Positions 11,870 to 24,500 of a stretch of 64,000 nucleotides of DNA are shown here, one piece after another. The position numbers and the translations under genes were made by a program. Below the pieces are notes generated by a model, which ran no database searches, was not told the origin of the DNA, and saw only the letters and a program-made list of their open reading frames with translations. The stretch is from Macrostomum hystrix (Eukaryota > Animalia > Platyhelminthes): positions 10,602,001 to 10,666,000 of the forward strand of contig CATNEN010000003.1 of assembly GCA_950097015.1 (NCBI GenBank), written 5' to 3'. How positions within the stretch are numbered: position 1 is the stretch's first letter; every line of letters starts with the position of its first letter.

Positions 11870-13800
11870 TTGGAAATCTCACCTTATCTCAGCTAGTTTA
11901 CCTAGGAAATCTCACACTTGCTTAGCTAGTTTAATTTGGAAACCTCAAACTTGCTTAGCTAGTTTAATTTGGAAACCTCAAACTTGCTTAGCTAGTTTAG
12001 TTTGGAAATCTCACACTTGCTTAGCTAGTTTAATTTGGAAATCTCACACTTGCTTAGCTAGTTTAATTTGGAAACCTCACACTTGCTTAGCTAGTTTAAT
12101 TTGGAAACCTCACACTTGCTTAGCTAGTTTAGCTAGGATATCTCACACTCTTTCTCAACTAATTTACCTTGGAAATCTCACACTGTCTCAGCTAGTTTAG
12201 CTTGGAAATCTCACACTGTATCTGCTAGTTTAGCTTGGAAATCTCACACTGTATCTGCTAGTTTACCTTGGAAATCTCACACTGTATCTGCTAGTTTAGC
12301 TTGGAAATCTCACACTGTCTCAGCTAGTTTAGCTTAGAAATCTCACACTGTATCTGCTAGTATAGCTTGGAAATCACACACTGTATCCGCTAGTTTAGCT
12401 TGGAAATCTCACACTGTCTCAGCTAGTTTAGCTTGGAAATCTCACACTGTATCTGCTAGTTTAGCTTGGAAATCTCACACTGTCTCAGCTAGTTTAGCTT
12501 GGAAATCTCACACTGTATCTGCTAGTTTAGCTTGGAAATCTCACACTGTATCTGCTAGTTTAGCTTGGAAATCACACACTGTATCCGCTAGTTAAGCTTG
12601 GAAATCTCACCCTGTATCCGCTAGTTTAGCTTGGAAATCTCACACTGTATCTGCTAGTTTAGCTTGGAAATCTCACACTGTATCTGCTAGTTTAGCTTGG
12701 AAATCTCACACTGTATCTGCTAGTTTAGCTTGGAAATCTCACACTGTATCCGCTAGTTTAGCTTGGAAATCTCACACTGTATCTGCTAGTTTAGCTTGGA
12801 AATCTCACCCTGTATCTGCTAGTTTAGCTTGGAAATCTCACACTGTATCTGCTAGTTTACCTTGGAAATCTCACACTGTATCTGCTAATTTAGCTTGGAA
12901 ATCTCACCCTGTATCTGCTAGTTTAGCTTGGAAATCTCACCCTGTATCTGCTAGTTTAGCTTGGAAATCTCACACTGTATCTGCTAGTTTACCTTGGAAA
13001 TCTCACACTGTATCTGCTAGTTTAACTTGAAATCTCACACTGTATCTGCTAGTTTACCTTGGAAATCTCACACTGTATCTGCTAGTTTACCTTGGAAATC
13101 TCACACTGTATCCGCTAGTTTAGCTTGGAAATCTCACACTGTATCTGCTAGTTTAGCTTGGAAATCTCACCCTGTATCTGCTAGTTTAGCTTGGAAATCT
13201 CACACTGTATCTGCTAGTTTACCTTGGAAATCTCACACTGTATCTGCTAATTTAGCTTGGAAATCTCACCCTGTATCTGCTAGTTTAGCTTGGAAATCTC
13301 ACCCTGTATCTGCTAGTTTAGCTTGGAAATCTCACACTGTATCCGCTAGTTTAGCTTGGAAATCTCACACTGTATCTGCTAGTTTAGCTTGGAAATCTCA
13401 CCCTGTATCTGCTAGTTTAGCTTGGAAATCTCACACTGTATCTGCTAGTTTACCTTGGAAATCTCACACTGTATCTGCTAATTTAGCTTGGAAATCTCAC
13501 CCTGTATCTGCTAGTTTAGCTTGGAAATCTCACCCTGTATCTGCTAGTTTAGCTTGGAAATCTCACACTGTATCTGCTAGTTTACCTTGGAAATCTCACA
13601 CTGTATCTGCTAGTTTAACTTGAAATCTCACACTGTATCTGCTAGTTTACCTTGGAAATCTCACACTGTATCTGCTAGTTTACCTTGGAAATCTCACACT
13701 GTATCCGCTAGTTTAGCTTGGAAATCTCACACTGTATCTGCTAGTTTAGCTTGGAAATCTCACCCTGTCTCAGCTAGTTTACCTTGGAAATCTCATCCTG
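11870..13800. repeat. 33-bp minisatellite upstream of the KLHDC4 ATG (probable 5'UTR intron)
   Basis: (TTGGAAATCTCACACTGTATCTGCTAGTTTAGC)n; source of the WKSHTVSASLA ORFs. Confidence 0.95.
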
Positions 13801-14249
13801 TCCTGAATATAATGTTTTTGCTGAACTATGAACAATAAAACTATGAGTAAAAATGAAGTGACTAGCAAATCGACAGTTTTGAAATCAACATATAAGTAAT
13901 AATATATTTATAAAAAGGATTTTATAAACAAAAATTATGATTGTAAATGACTGACTAGCATAATTTATGGACGACGCAATAAAAATGTGAGGACGTTAGA
14001 CAAAAAGGCACCCAATCTGGTTAATTAGAATACAAAATAAGTTTAGGTAGAAAACGGTAGAAAAACAATTGCTAAGTACTGACAGATAGTAAACATGTTA
14101 GAAAATGCTTTATTACACAAACAGGGCAGTATTCTGGTTAGCCACTTAACGTTTAGATTAAGGGTTAATAAAAAATTATCCAATAGAAACAGACAGTCTA
14201 GATACAAAATAAGGAAGACAGCCCTATTTTTAGAATTTTTTTAAGCTGT

Positions 14250-14620
14250 TTACCTTTGATTATCGATTTTGAGGTGGGTGGCATTCACAGAACGCAGATT
14301 CTTTGCTCCAGCCAATGGGAGAAAAGTAGCTTATTGCGAAATTGATCGATGCTTATTGGTTGGAGAATTAACACCCCTCTAAGTACCCAAAAAATTGAAT
14401 TTATTCAAACCGATCCGATCTGAATCAATCACCAGCAAGGCTGACTGAGTGAGGGAAGGAGGGAATGGCTCGCGGATCGATATTTAGGGTAGGAGGCGGT
14501 GAAAAACCTACAGCCAATCAACATCAAGCTTCGGTTTTGCGAGTCCGATAGTTTACAGTCTTGGCCCAGCCAATGAGAGCTCAGTGATTTTTTCGGTCTA
14601 GTTAAATTAACTTCAATGTA
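14250..14620 (-). promoter_or_regulatory. Probable KLHDC4 promoter and first non-coding exon
   Basis: CCAAT/ATTGG boxes at ~14312, 14356, 14514 and 14570; minus-strand donor AAAG|GTAAAC near 14252; acceptor CTGCAG just before the ATG at 11700. Confidence 0.4.
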
Positions 14621-15528
14621 CATTTAAATAAGACCACGAGGATATTTCAAACACCACTTTATTTTCTTTATCGCTTAAAATTTTCAACGAATCAACCAAG
14701 AACATCCAGACTTACGGGTTAAAAACTTTCGCCTTATCCGATGAAAAAAACATCAAGGCATCATTTTTCTGCTTACCAAATTTCATCATGTAATCATACC
14801 TGCTATTGTTGTTGATCGGCCATTCGGTTTGGGAGCAATCGTGAAGTAGGGCAGTGAGTATTTGAAATACTCCTTAGTATTCTTTCCCCAGGGGATAGAA
14901 TAGCGAGGTTTTTCTACTGTTAAGAGCTCAACCAATAGAAGCAAGAAAAATTAATTCGTGCTAATATCGACCCGAAGATAATATATATAGCCAATCAGGG
15001 TTAAGCTGTGGCCACTCCACAAAAGTACACTAGAAACAAACTTACTGTGCAGTTGCTTTAAATAGAGACCCCTGCGTTTAGGCCATAGATTAAACAACCT
15101 ATCGGAATAAATGCACAGACAGAGTACAGGCGCTCTACATTCTCTGTAGGGCGAGCAAGATGTAAGATTAATAATTTTATTTTATTTTAAATTCCATAAT
15201 AAAGCACAACAAATAAAACTATTGATAGTAATAAAAAATCTGTTAATTCGAACAGGTAAAACATTAATGGCATCATTTGTGTTTAGTAATTTTTTTAAAT
15301 GAGACAGGTAAGATTACTTAGGTAAGATAGATATATGTTTATGATTAATCAATTAGAGAACGTTAAAGTTGAAGTTTAAAGTTGAAATTGTGCAAAAGTC
15401 TTAATTAATATTCTCAAATAAAATGGGGTAAAACATAAAAAAACACATTAGTTCAGAAATTTCTCATGGCTGTCGATCAGAATTTGAAGAAAAAATTCAA
15501 TAGTTGATTGCCAGACAGCAGTCAATTC

Positions 15529-16594
15529 TTATGTCTGATCAATATCGTCTTCTTCGCATCGCATGGCAACACAGCGTATACCGTTCTTTAGAGCTGGCGT
15601 ACCTTTGAGCTTGCCTGCGGGCATAAAAATAGTTTTCTTGGAAATAAGAATCGAACTCTCGACCTATCGGTTAGTAGACCGACTTTTTGGATAATTAAAT
15701 CTGAGAACTTAGATAATAAGGTCCAAATTAGAGCATTACCCAACACCCTTGCGTGAAAGTGTACAGTCAGTCTTCTAGAATCCGAATTAAAGTCTTCCGC
15801 AGCATCAGCATCATCAGCCGCAGCCGCAGCCGCAGCCTTCAGTACTAGAGTCTCTCGCAACAGACCTTCTTTGTAAGCAAACAATTCGAATTGAAATAAG
15901 TCCACTTGGTCATTGTCACCGCCGCAGTATCCGCCCACCGGTTTGTCACTTTTTAGTTGAACAAACAAATTTTTCGCGGCGCATTTAGAAGTGTCAAACT
16001 CTTGGACAATGCGGCCTCGACCTAGTTGGTGTTGACTAGACGGTATCGGCGCCTCGACTTCGTATACATGATTTACCTGGTGAGTGAGTGAGTAACAATT
16101 ATAACTACTATAAACGTCAAATTGATTATAGCATATGGTGGTTTGTAGCCTAGAGGTTAGATCGTCGGACTCACGACCTGAAGGTCGGTGGTTCGATTCC
16201 TGGCTCCACTGGAGCAATTTGTGTCCATTAGCAAGACACTTAACTTTATATGATACTTCAGTTCACTCAGATGTTAAATGGGTACCAGCGTCAGCTGGGG
16301 CAATTGAGGGCGGGTGTGGCGTCCCCCCAGTCCATGGACTGAACAGTAATAATGATTATTATTTAATTATATCATAAAATTCAAAAAAAGCCAAAAATAA
16401 ATTTTAAATCCATAACTATCCAAACTAACCTGCAGAAATCCCAGATGGACATCGACGCATCCGACATCGGTTGAATTGATCAGAATCTCCAAATCGTGAT
16501 GCGACACCTGGTCCGGATTAAAGTGCACGTGACCAATGACCCCGGGGCCGTGAACGGAGGCGGCGGATGATTGTCGAGCTGCTGATTGGCTCAT
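15529..16594 (-). CDS. ADISSP: ADISSP / C20orf27 (UPF0687) homolog; exons 16594-16430, 16076-15740, 15614-15529
   Basis: HVHF, VHLGFLQ|VNHVYEV, AYKEGLLRE and HARVLG|KLKGTPALKNGIRCV match the family hallmarks; junctions in phase. Confidence 0.85.
16136..16365 (+). mobile_element. tRNA-derived SINE family A (CORE/V-like central domain), intronic
   Basis: A box TAGCCTAGAGGTT, B box GGTTCGATTCC, GTGTCCATTAGCAAGACACTTAAC, AAATGGGTACC, 3' GTCCATGGACTGAACAG and ATT tail. Confidence 0.8.
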
Positions 16595-17095
16595 ATTTTA
16601 AATGCCGAATTTCAATTTTAGATTAAGTTGGCAAGCTGAAAATATTGTGGGGATTTTCAAAAATCTAATATTATGTTTGTGCTATAGTTTAAACAAACGG
16701 TCGGCATTCTTGTCCTGTCTCATCTCTCAACTCTAGTGTCTTGTCTCATCTCTCCTCTGTCTAATCTCTCTTTTGTCTCATCCCCTTATTGTCTTATTTC
16801 TCCCGTCTCCTCTCTCCCGTGTCTCATCTCTCCCGTCTTATCTCTCCCCGTGTCTCATGTCTCTACTGTCTTTATCTCTCCATAGTCTCATAGTTTACCA
16901 GTTTCATCTCTGTAATATATTTTCTTTTTAATATCTAATATCTTAAACTCATATTTTCTCTAATGTCTGATATATTGCTCAGACTTTAACAGTCTCGTCT
17001 CACCATAGTCAACTTAGCCCGTTGTGAAATATTTCAGTTTTTTGCTTGACTTTGCTTTGCTTGAGATAAGGTTGTCGACTCGTGTTTTAAACTAA

Positions 17096-17764
17096 TATAG
17101 CTTTTGCCATTCATACTCAGCCCCCATAGAGTTAATCCAGCCAGTTGGTGCGGTTTGGCCCATAAACTATCGCTCTGTGCCATTCAATCTCGGGTTTTGT
17201 CATTCAAACTCAGGCTTTAATGTGGAGAAGGAATGTGGATAAGGAATGAACAGGTTATTATTCCTCAGTTCGGCTCATGTAACACAGGACCGAAAAACAG
17301 ACTTGTTAAACTTGTTAAACATAATGCAGCTCATACACATTACAAGTCAAACACCTCTAGCATCATGGTGAGGAACATACGGATTTGAGCGGAATTGTTT
17401 AAGTCTTGGATCAGAACAGTGACTCAGAGAAAAGGAATTTGCATAATGCACCGTGGATACAGTCGGATGCAGGCAATCTCCCAGTTCAGAGGCGTCAGTG
17501 TCCAGTGCAACGTGGCCCAGGCGCTCCATGTAAGCATATGGCCCATGTAAGCAAATGCAATGGAAGAAATTTGTAATTTAGCTGTCTTTTGGAGGACTGC
17601 GTTTGAGAGACCGAGCTTATAAAGCCTGAGTTTGAATGACAAAACCCGAGATTGAATGGCACAGAGCGATAGTCTATGGGCCAAACCGCGCCAACTGGCT
17701 GAATTAATTCTATGGGGGCTGAGTATGAATGACAAAACACTGAGATTGAATGGCAAAAGCTATA
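17096..17764. mobile_element. MITE with ~125-bp terminal inverted repeats
   Basis: TATAGCTTTTGCCATTC...CTCAGGCTTT (17096-17218) is the reverse complement of AAAGCCTGAG...GGCAAAAGCTATA (17621-17764). Confidence 0.85.
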
Positions 17765-18202
17765 ATATAGCACAAAGAATCAAGTCTCATTGCCAGTCAT
17801 ACCGACGGACAAAGGAAAATTTATGGAACACTTTGAGGCCTGGGTATTTTAGCCTACATACAGAAAGAAAATGAATCGATTTTTTTTCAAGTCAGAGTTC
17901 ATTCCCTAAACTGTAGCGACTGTAAGATAAATTGGATCAATCTTGAATAGAGAACAAGGCTCGATCTCAGATGTCGATTAAATAGTAGCGATCCGAATTC
18001 TGCATGTGGTGCGACTACTAAAAGTACATACAAGCAGGCATTTAATTGTAGGGCTTTGTTCAGATTCAGATACATCGTTGCTAGACTGAGCAGCTAGACT
18101 TTACAGTGAGTAGAGTAATCAAGTTGTATCCTCGAACAAGACGCTAAAATTACGTATTGCTTTAGTTTAACCAGAGCTGTAAATACTGGGTACCAGTATT
18201 AT

Positions 18203-18515
18203 GTAGTTCGATTCCACGGCGAGGCCACATTTATTTGGGGCGCAGCCGCTGAGAGAAGGCTTGGGGGCTTGTCGTGCAATTTACGCCCTTGAGGGCCAAC
18301 CTCCAAGGCACAGTGAAGTGTACACTCCCTGATGATGAGAAAGTCAGGGCAGATGTACACACCTGTGTGAGCGTGTGCCTGCGTACAGTATCTGTGTGCG
18401 TGTGTGCTCAGGAGTCAGCGAAATGGGCAGAATTGCCTCCTCGCTGGCTGCGGGTCTAGTGTCACCAAACTGTGTCATTGCCCGCAGCCCTCCTGCAATT
18501 ATTATTATTACTATT
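18203..18515 (+). mobile_element. SINE family B copy (5'-truncated within the tRNA head)
   Basis: GTTCGATTCC, body shared with the 35440, 36680 and 58740 copies, ATT tail. Confidence 0.8.
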
Positions 18516-18629
18516 ATTAACAGGTGCTATCCAAAAACTGTCCAAAAATAATTTTTAAAAACTGACGAGAGTGAGTTCTGTGCGCACTTAAAGACGAAAG
18601 AAATCAGAAAAAGAAATCGGCACTCTAAA

Positions 18630-18720
18630 CAACTTAGTCCCGATGGCAACAGCTGTTCAGTCCATGAACAGACTCCCCAGCTAATGCTGGTACCAAATCT
18701 CTAGCTAGGTGAAGTGAAAG
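18630..18720 (-). mobile_element. SINE family A 3' fragment
   Basis: CTGTTCAGTCCATG...CCCCAGCT...GCTGGTACC is the reverse complement of the 3' end of the 16136 copy. Confidence 0.6.
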
Positions 18721-18879
18721 CGATTCCGAACTAAGGTTTATGGTTGAGGGCAAAAAAAATATTTCATTGAACTGAAAGTTGATTCTCCATCTAGAATTTT
18801 AACAGAGATTAAACTAATATTTTATACGAGAGAAGTAGTAACTAGAGAAATCCAATTATGTAAATTATTTTCGATACTC

Positions 18880-19140
18880 ACTTGCAGGAAAAAGGGAATT
18901 TGTAGAATAAAACAAAAAGCTTAGCGAAAGAAAAAAATAAGATAATGATTGTATCTTCAGTGATGCCTCCTGACCAACCAAAGCTACAGTTTGTATAACA
19001 AAGCTTCCTCAAATATCATTGGCTGATTTAGAAAAGGAGCCCTAGTATTGGTCGATATTTTCTCTATGCTAAACAGAGGGATGATGAAGAGATGGAAAGG
19101 GGGGGAGAAATGCAAAGTGAGACATAAGAGTGCTGGTAAA
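18880..19140. promoter_or_regulatory. Probable bidirectional promoter for ADISSP and TMEM67
   Basis: Minus-strand donor GCAA|GTGAGT near 18881, ATTGG boxes at ~19018 and 19047, plus-strand donor CTG|GTAAA near 19135; both ATG exons are preceded by acceptors. Confidence 0.4.
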
Positions 19141-21510
19141 AATTAGTAAAGACAGTTTTTAAAGCAACTTTATAGAATACCCTGTTTCGTTTTTTACTGC
19201 TTAGAGTAGAGATATGAGCTAAATAGCATCACATTTTGTACATCTTTTACTACTGGATATGAGTAGTGCATTTTATAGCATTGCAATTTTTTTAAGTAAA
19301 TGATAAATATAATATTTCTAAATAGGTTAGGATCAGGATCAAATAAATTTATCAGTATGGGAAGATATGTTAAGGCTAGCAAAGATTTAGAAACTATCTG
19401 ATTAAACCTTCATAAATAGACATTTATAGTTAGAAATTTGTGTCAGTAATGGAGACTATAAGGGCACAGAGAGGAATGCATAAAAAATTACACAAGCCAA
19501 CAATTAGATCTAAAGAGTGCTGAATGTACATTATTCGTAAAATTACATAATCTTATGTATTTTAGAATGTTGATATGGTACAGTACTTAAATTAAAAGCT
19601 GAGATTTAATGTTTCAGATCTAATACCTATCTTCACTTTGACAAATCAGAAAATCGGTGTTAAGCCTATTTTATTTCTGGAAATTCAAGTTTTTTATATT
19701 AGTCCCAGATTTTAAATGAAGATACATAAAATACAAATTTTATGAGCAATTACTTGAACAATTTAGCTAAGAAATTGCCTAATATGAAAAAATGTTTTTA
19801 GTTATTTTAGATTCATTTAACAAAGAAAAAATGTATGATAATAATGTAGCTATTCTATAATTATATATATTGTATGAAGCTAATTTAAGTGGCTTATTAA
19901 TTAATATATTTTACTTGAACTTAAAAAATGCTACAAGTAGGTTGTTGAATGTCTGATGAAAGTAAAAAAATGAAAGAATAGAGCTCTAGTCCCTAAATAT
20001 ATCTTTAAAAAATTAAATACTATAAACAAAATTATTTACCAGTTAATTAAAAACTCTTTATCTTTTATATAATTTTATATAATTTGATACTTTTGATGGG
20101 GATTTACACTTTGAGAATATGCCTCATTTAAATATATATGTCAATTGGTTACAGAAAAACAAAATAAGCAACATAGGTGCTTTATATGTAATTGTTCAAA
20201 TTATTTAACTTAAAATTCATTGGCATTACCAATTACATACTGTTGAAGACATCATTGGTAAATAGTCACTTATACTTTATATACATGGCAGATGAAATTC
20301 ATATATAGGCAGATGAATAGGCGGCAGACAAGGTGGCAGTAGCAGATGAGGGTTATAGTTGCTATATTGGCTTTTATAGCAACAGCCAACCTTATAGCCC
20401 ATAGGCAGTGAGACCACTTCCTTATCTCTGTACAAATAGGCATACCTGATAACCTTCTGTCCTGCTAAGCTAGCAATACTTTAGCTGGCCTGGAATGTCT
20501 AAAGCCATCCATTAGGACAATCTGCTATAGATTCTGCAGGGACTAGAAGGATCAGATAGGGACAATGGGCTTGCTATACAGACCATAAATTTCATGATGA
20601 AAAAGCACCTAGACCAAGCAAGGCAGCTAATGTCCCTATGTCATCTTGAGATTTAAGATTTGATACATACATGCCCTCTTTGGCCAATTTGTCTTCTGTG
20701 CATTGCATTCTATTGTTGTTAATATATAATAATTTTTTGTAGCATTTGCTAATGACACTGTTTTAGCTAGCTATTTTTAATTTGGATTAACTTATTTGGT
20801 AGCTCAGCAGCAGTGGTATAACTAGGATTTTCTGAAAGGGGGCAGAGGGAATCATTCTGGATGAGTGGCATGGGGTTCAATAGCCATTTTGGTGAAAAAA
20901 TCTATTGGCAAATGGTATGCACTACAATGTTGCATTAAGGCATTGAAGTTTAGGTTAATTTTATTTGTTTTTGCTCAATCTAAATGTTTGAATGTACAAT
21001 AGTAGTGTAAAATATAAATATAGTGGCATATTAATCATTACAAAAACAATACATTTTACAATAAGTTAGCACTCAAAATTAGTGCGAAAGAAAAATCCTG
21101 TTTACAGTAAGAAACAATCATAAATAGCGTGTGAATAAGAACTAATAAGTCCTGTTAGATAAATTTTTATAAATAAACGCCAATATTGATGCATGCTGAA
21201 TGCGATATATAGAAATTTAGAAGCACGACCACGATCACCAAACCGTCACGATAATTTTTAAACTGCTTTATAAGAAACAAAACATTAAAGCAAAGAACAG
21301 CTAAAATGAAAAGTAAATAGCATTATTGTATTGTTTATCAACTACTTTTTTAACTTTTAATAAATATGTAAACTTACTCGGTACTTTTCACTTTGTATTT
21401 TACTTGTAAATTTTTGCTTTATACATTGTTTTAACGTCACATTCTATTGGCATTATTCTTGGATCTTGGTCATTACCCTTTTCCTTTTTGGCCGTCTAGA
21501 CCTTCTAGAA

Positions 21511-24500
21511 ATGGCAGCGAAGATACTTTTTCTGTTCTGCATTGGATTTTTTGCTTTAAGAGTAAGGGCGCAAACAAGTGTCGTGGTAGTGCCCTTTGTA
21601 AATCCTAATTGTGGCTCTGGAAGATATTTTGATTCAACTCGACTTGCCTGCATAGATTGTGGAGCAAATCAAACTACATCTTCTGATGGTAATTTTTAAT
21701 ATTTTTTAGATTTTTCTCCCTTAAAATCGAAAATAAGAAAATATGCTTTTTGATTGACATACTGTTTTGATTACCTGCAGGTCTCTCGTGTGTGTGCAGG
21801 AGTGGATTTAGAACAACTTCCAACTACGGTGGTGATATTGCCTGCGATATCTGCGCTGGAGCCACTGTAGGATTTTTTGCCTCTTTTTTTGGATGCTTGA
21901 ATCTTAGATTAAATAAAGCGGATACGCCTGGAGTATTTATTCTGCTTGTAAAATTTGTTAGGTGCCAAGCAAGGATGGTTGGTCGTGCGTCACCTGCCCA
22001 GCAAGCAATCCGAAGGATTCTACCACAGGTTATTGCTCGGCATGCGGAAATCTCAACGCCACTGCTGAGTACCAGATCGATGGAACCGCTTATTCAACTG
22101 TCACCTGTGTGCCCTGCACCAGTTCCACTTTTGTTGCACCAGACGGGTCACAGTGAGTTACTATCATATGGCTCAACTTTTGCGTAGATGAAATAAATGT
22201 GATTTACTCATCCTTAAAATGCACTAACAGCTTGTAATAAATCTTTTGTAAACAGCTGCATCCCGTGTCCGAATGTGCTAAAGATGAAGTCGGCAGTCAA
22301 TAGCGGCATTTTGAATCCAACCTGCGACTGCAGCGGCACCATCGTTGGTGGCGGAACTACCTACACTCTGCAGAGTGTGAGCGCCGAGATGCTATTTTCG
22401 TAGGCCTGATTATTTTGTTTCCGGATTGTCATGATTTTCACTTCAAGTTAACTTCCCGCCTTGCAGTTTGGAGGTATCTGCTTTGCTACGACAGATTTGA
22501 CCAGTACAACACTGCCGGGTGTGAGGACTAGCGGAATACAGAACTTCATACACAAGGTGTCATCCGATGCAACCTCAGTAACATCGCTCTACTTGCAAAC
22601 GAATCTGGCTGCATCATTTGGCATGTGCTCGGTGAGAACTTTATCATCAGAAATATTGACCCACAGTCTCCTCAATCTGGAATCTCCTCAATCTAGAATC
22701 TCCTCAATCTGGAATCTCCTCAATCTGGAATCTCCTCAATCTAGAATCTCCTCAATCTGGAATCTCCTCAATCTGGAATCTCCTCAATCTAAAATCTCCT
22801 CAATCTAGAATATCCTCAATCTAGAATCTCCTCAATCTAGAATCTCCTCAATCTAGAATCTCCTCAATCTAGAATCTCCTCAATCTAGAATCTCCTCAAT
22901 CTAGAATCTCCTCAATCTAGAATCTCCTCAATCTAGAATCTCCTCAATCTAGAATCTCCTCGATCTAGAATCTCCTCAATCTAGAATCTCCTCAATCTAG
23001 AATCTCCTCAATCTAGAATCTCCTCAATCTAGAATCTCATCAATCTAGAATCTCCTCAATCTAGAATCTCCTCAATCTAGAATCTCCTCAATCTAGAATC
23101 TCCTCAATCTAGAATCTCCTCAATCTATAATATCCTCAATCTAGAATCTCCTCAATCTAGAATCTCCTCAATCTAGAATCTCCTCAATCTAGAATCTCCT
23201 CAATCTAGAATCTCCTCAATCTAGAATCTCCTCAATCTAGAATCTCCTCAATCTAGAATCTCCTCAATCTAGAATCTCCTCAATCTAGAATCTCCTCAAT
23301 CTAGAATCTCCTCAATCTAGAATCTCCTCAATCTAGAATCTCCTCAATCTAGAATCTCCTCAATCTAGAATCTCCTCAATCTAGAATCCCCTCGATCTAG
23401 AATCTCCTCAATCTAGAATCTCCTCAATCTAGAATCTCCTCAATCTAGAATCTCCTCAATCTAGAATCTCCTCAATCTAGAATCTCCTTTATCTAGAATC
23501 TCCTCAATCTAGAATCTCCTCAATCTAGAATCTCATTAATCTAGAATCTCCCCAATCTAGGATCTTCTAGAATCTCAATCATGAATCGCAACTAGAATCA
23601 CAGTGAATTCTAGAATCACTCACCCAATCTTCAATAGTTAAACTGTACAAGAAGAATGTGATTGGACAGCAATCGGTAAAATCTCATCAATCTAGAATCT
23701 CCTCAATCTAGAATCTCCTCAATCTAGAATCTCCTCAATCTAGAATCTCCTTTATCTAGAATCTCCTCAATCTAGAATCTCCTGAATCTAGAATCTCATT
23801 AATCTAGAATCTCCTCAATCTAGAATCTCCTCAATCTAGAATCTCCCCAATCTAGGATCTTCTAGAATCTCAATCATGAATCGCAACTAGAATCACAGTG
23901 AATTCTAGAATCACTCACCCAATCTTCAATAGTTAAACTGTACAAGAAGAATGTGATTGGACAGCAATTAGTATAAACCAACCCCGATTTGCAACTGTCC
24001 GCAGACATTCTACAGAAACCGGACCGCATGTCAAGTACTCGCGAATGCCTGCGTTCTAATTCTGTACAGGCAGACAAATATTGGTACAGGAACTCGGGAC
24101 GCTTGCGCTCTGTTTAATGAATATTCCTCTTCGAGAACTGACATTGTCAATTCAAACTCAGACTGGTGAGTGAGAGCTGTTATAGTGATAATTATATTAT
24201 TATAAAACCCAGTAAGATAATTTATAATTACTTATCTACTCTAACCCCGAGGGGTGGTTTTAGCCTAGCGGTTAGAGCGTCAGATTTAAAACATAAGGGT
24301 CAGGGGTTCGATTCCTAACTCCCCTGAAACAATTAGTTACCTTTAGCAAGGCGCTTAAACTCGATCTCCATTGCTTCAGTTCACCCGGCTGTTAAGTCCA
24401 TGGACTGAACAGCTGTACGCAGCCTTCAGATGCGTTGCGCAATAACTGCGGCTGTGTTGTCGGCTGCACATCTGGCCCAATTGGGGCAGGTGTAATCGAT

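Noticed and set aside
16136-16210. Possible tRNA gene (also 24250, 39015, 35700)
   Set aside because: Poor acceptor stem and continues into a shared SINE body and tail
20810-20880. hAT-like MITE terminus CAGTGG..TAACTAG..GGGGG
   Set aside because: No partner TIR or TSD found; too degraded to call
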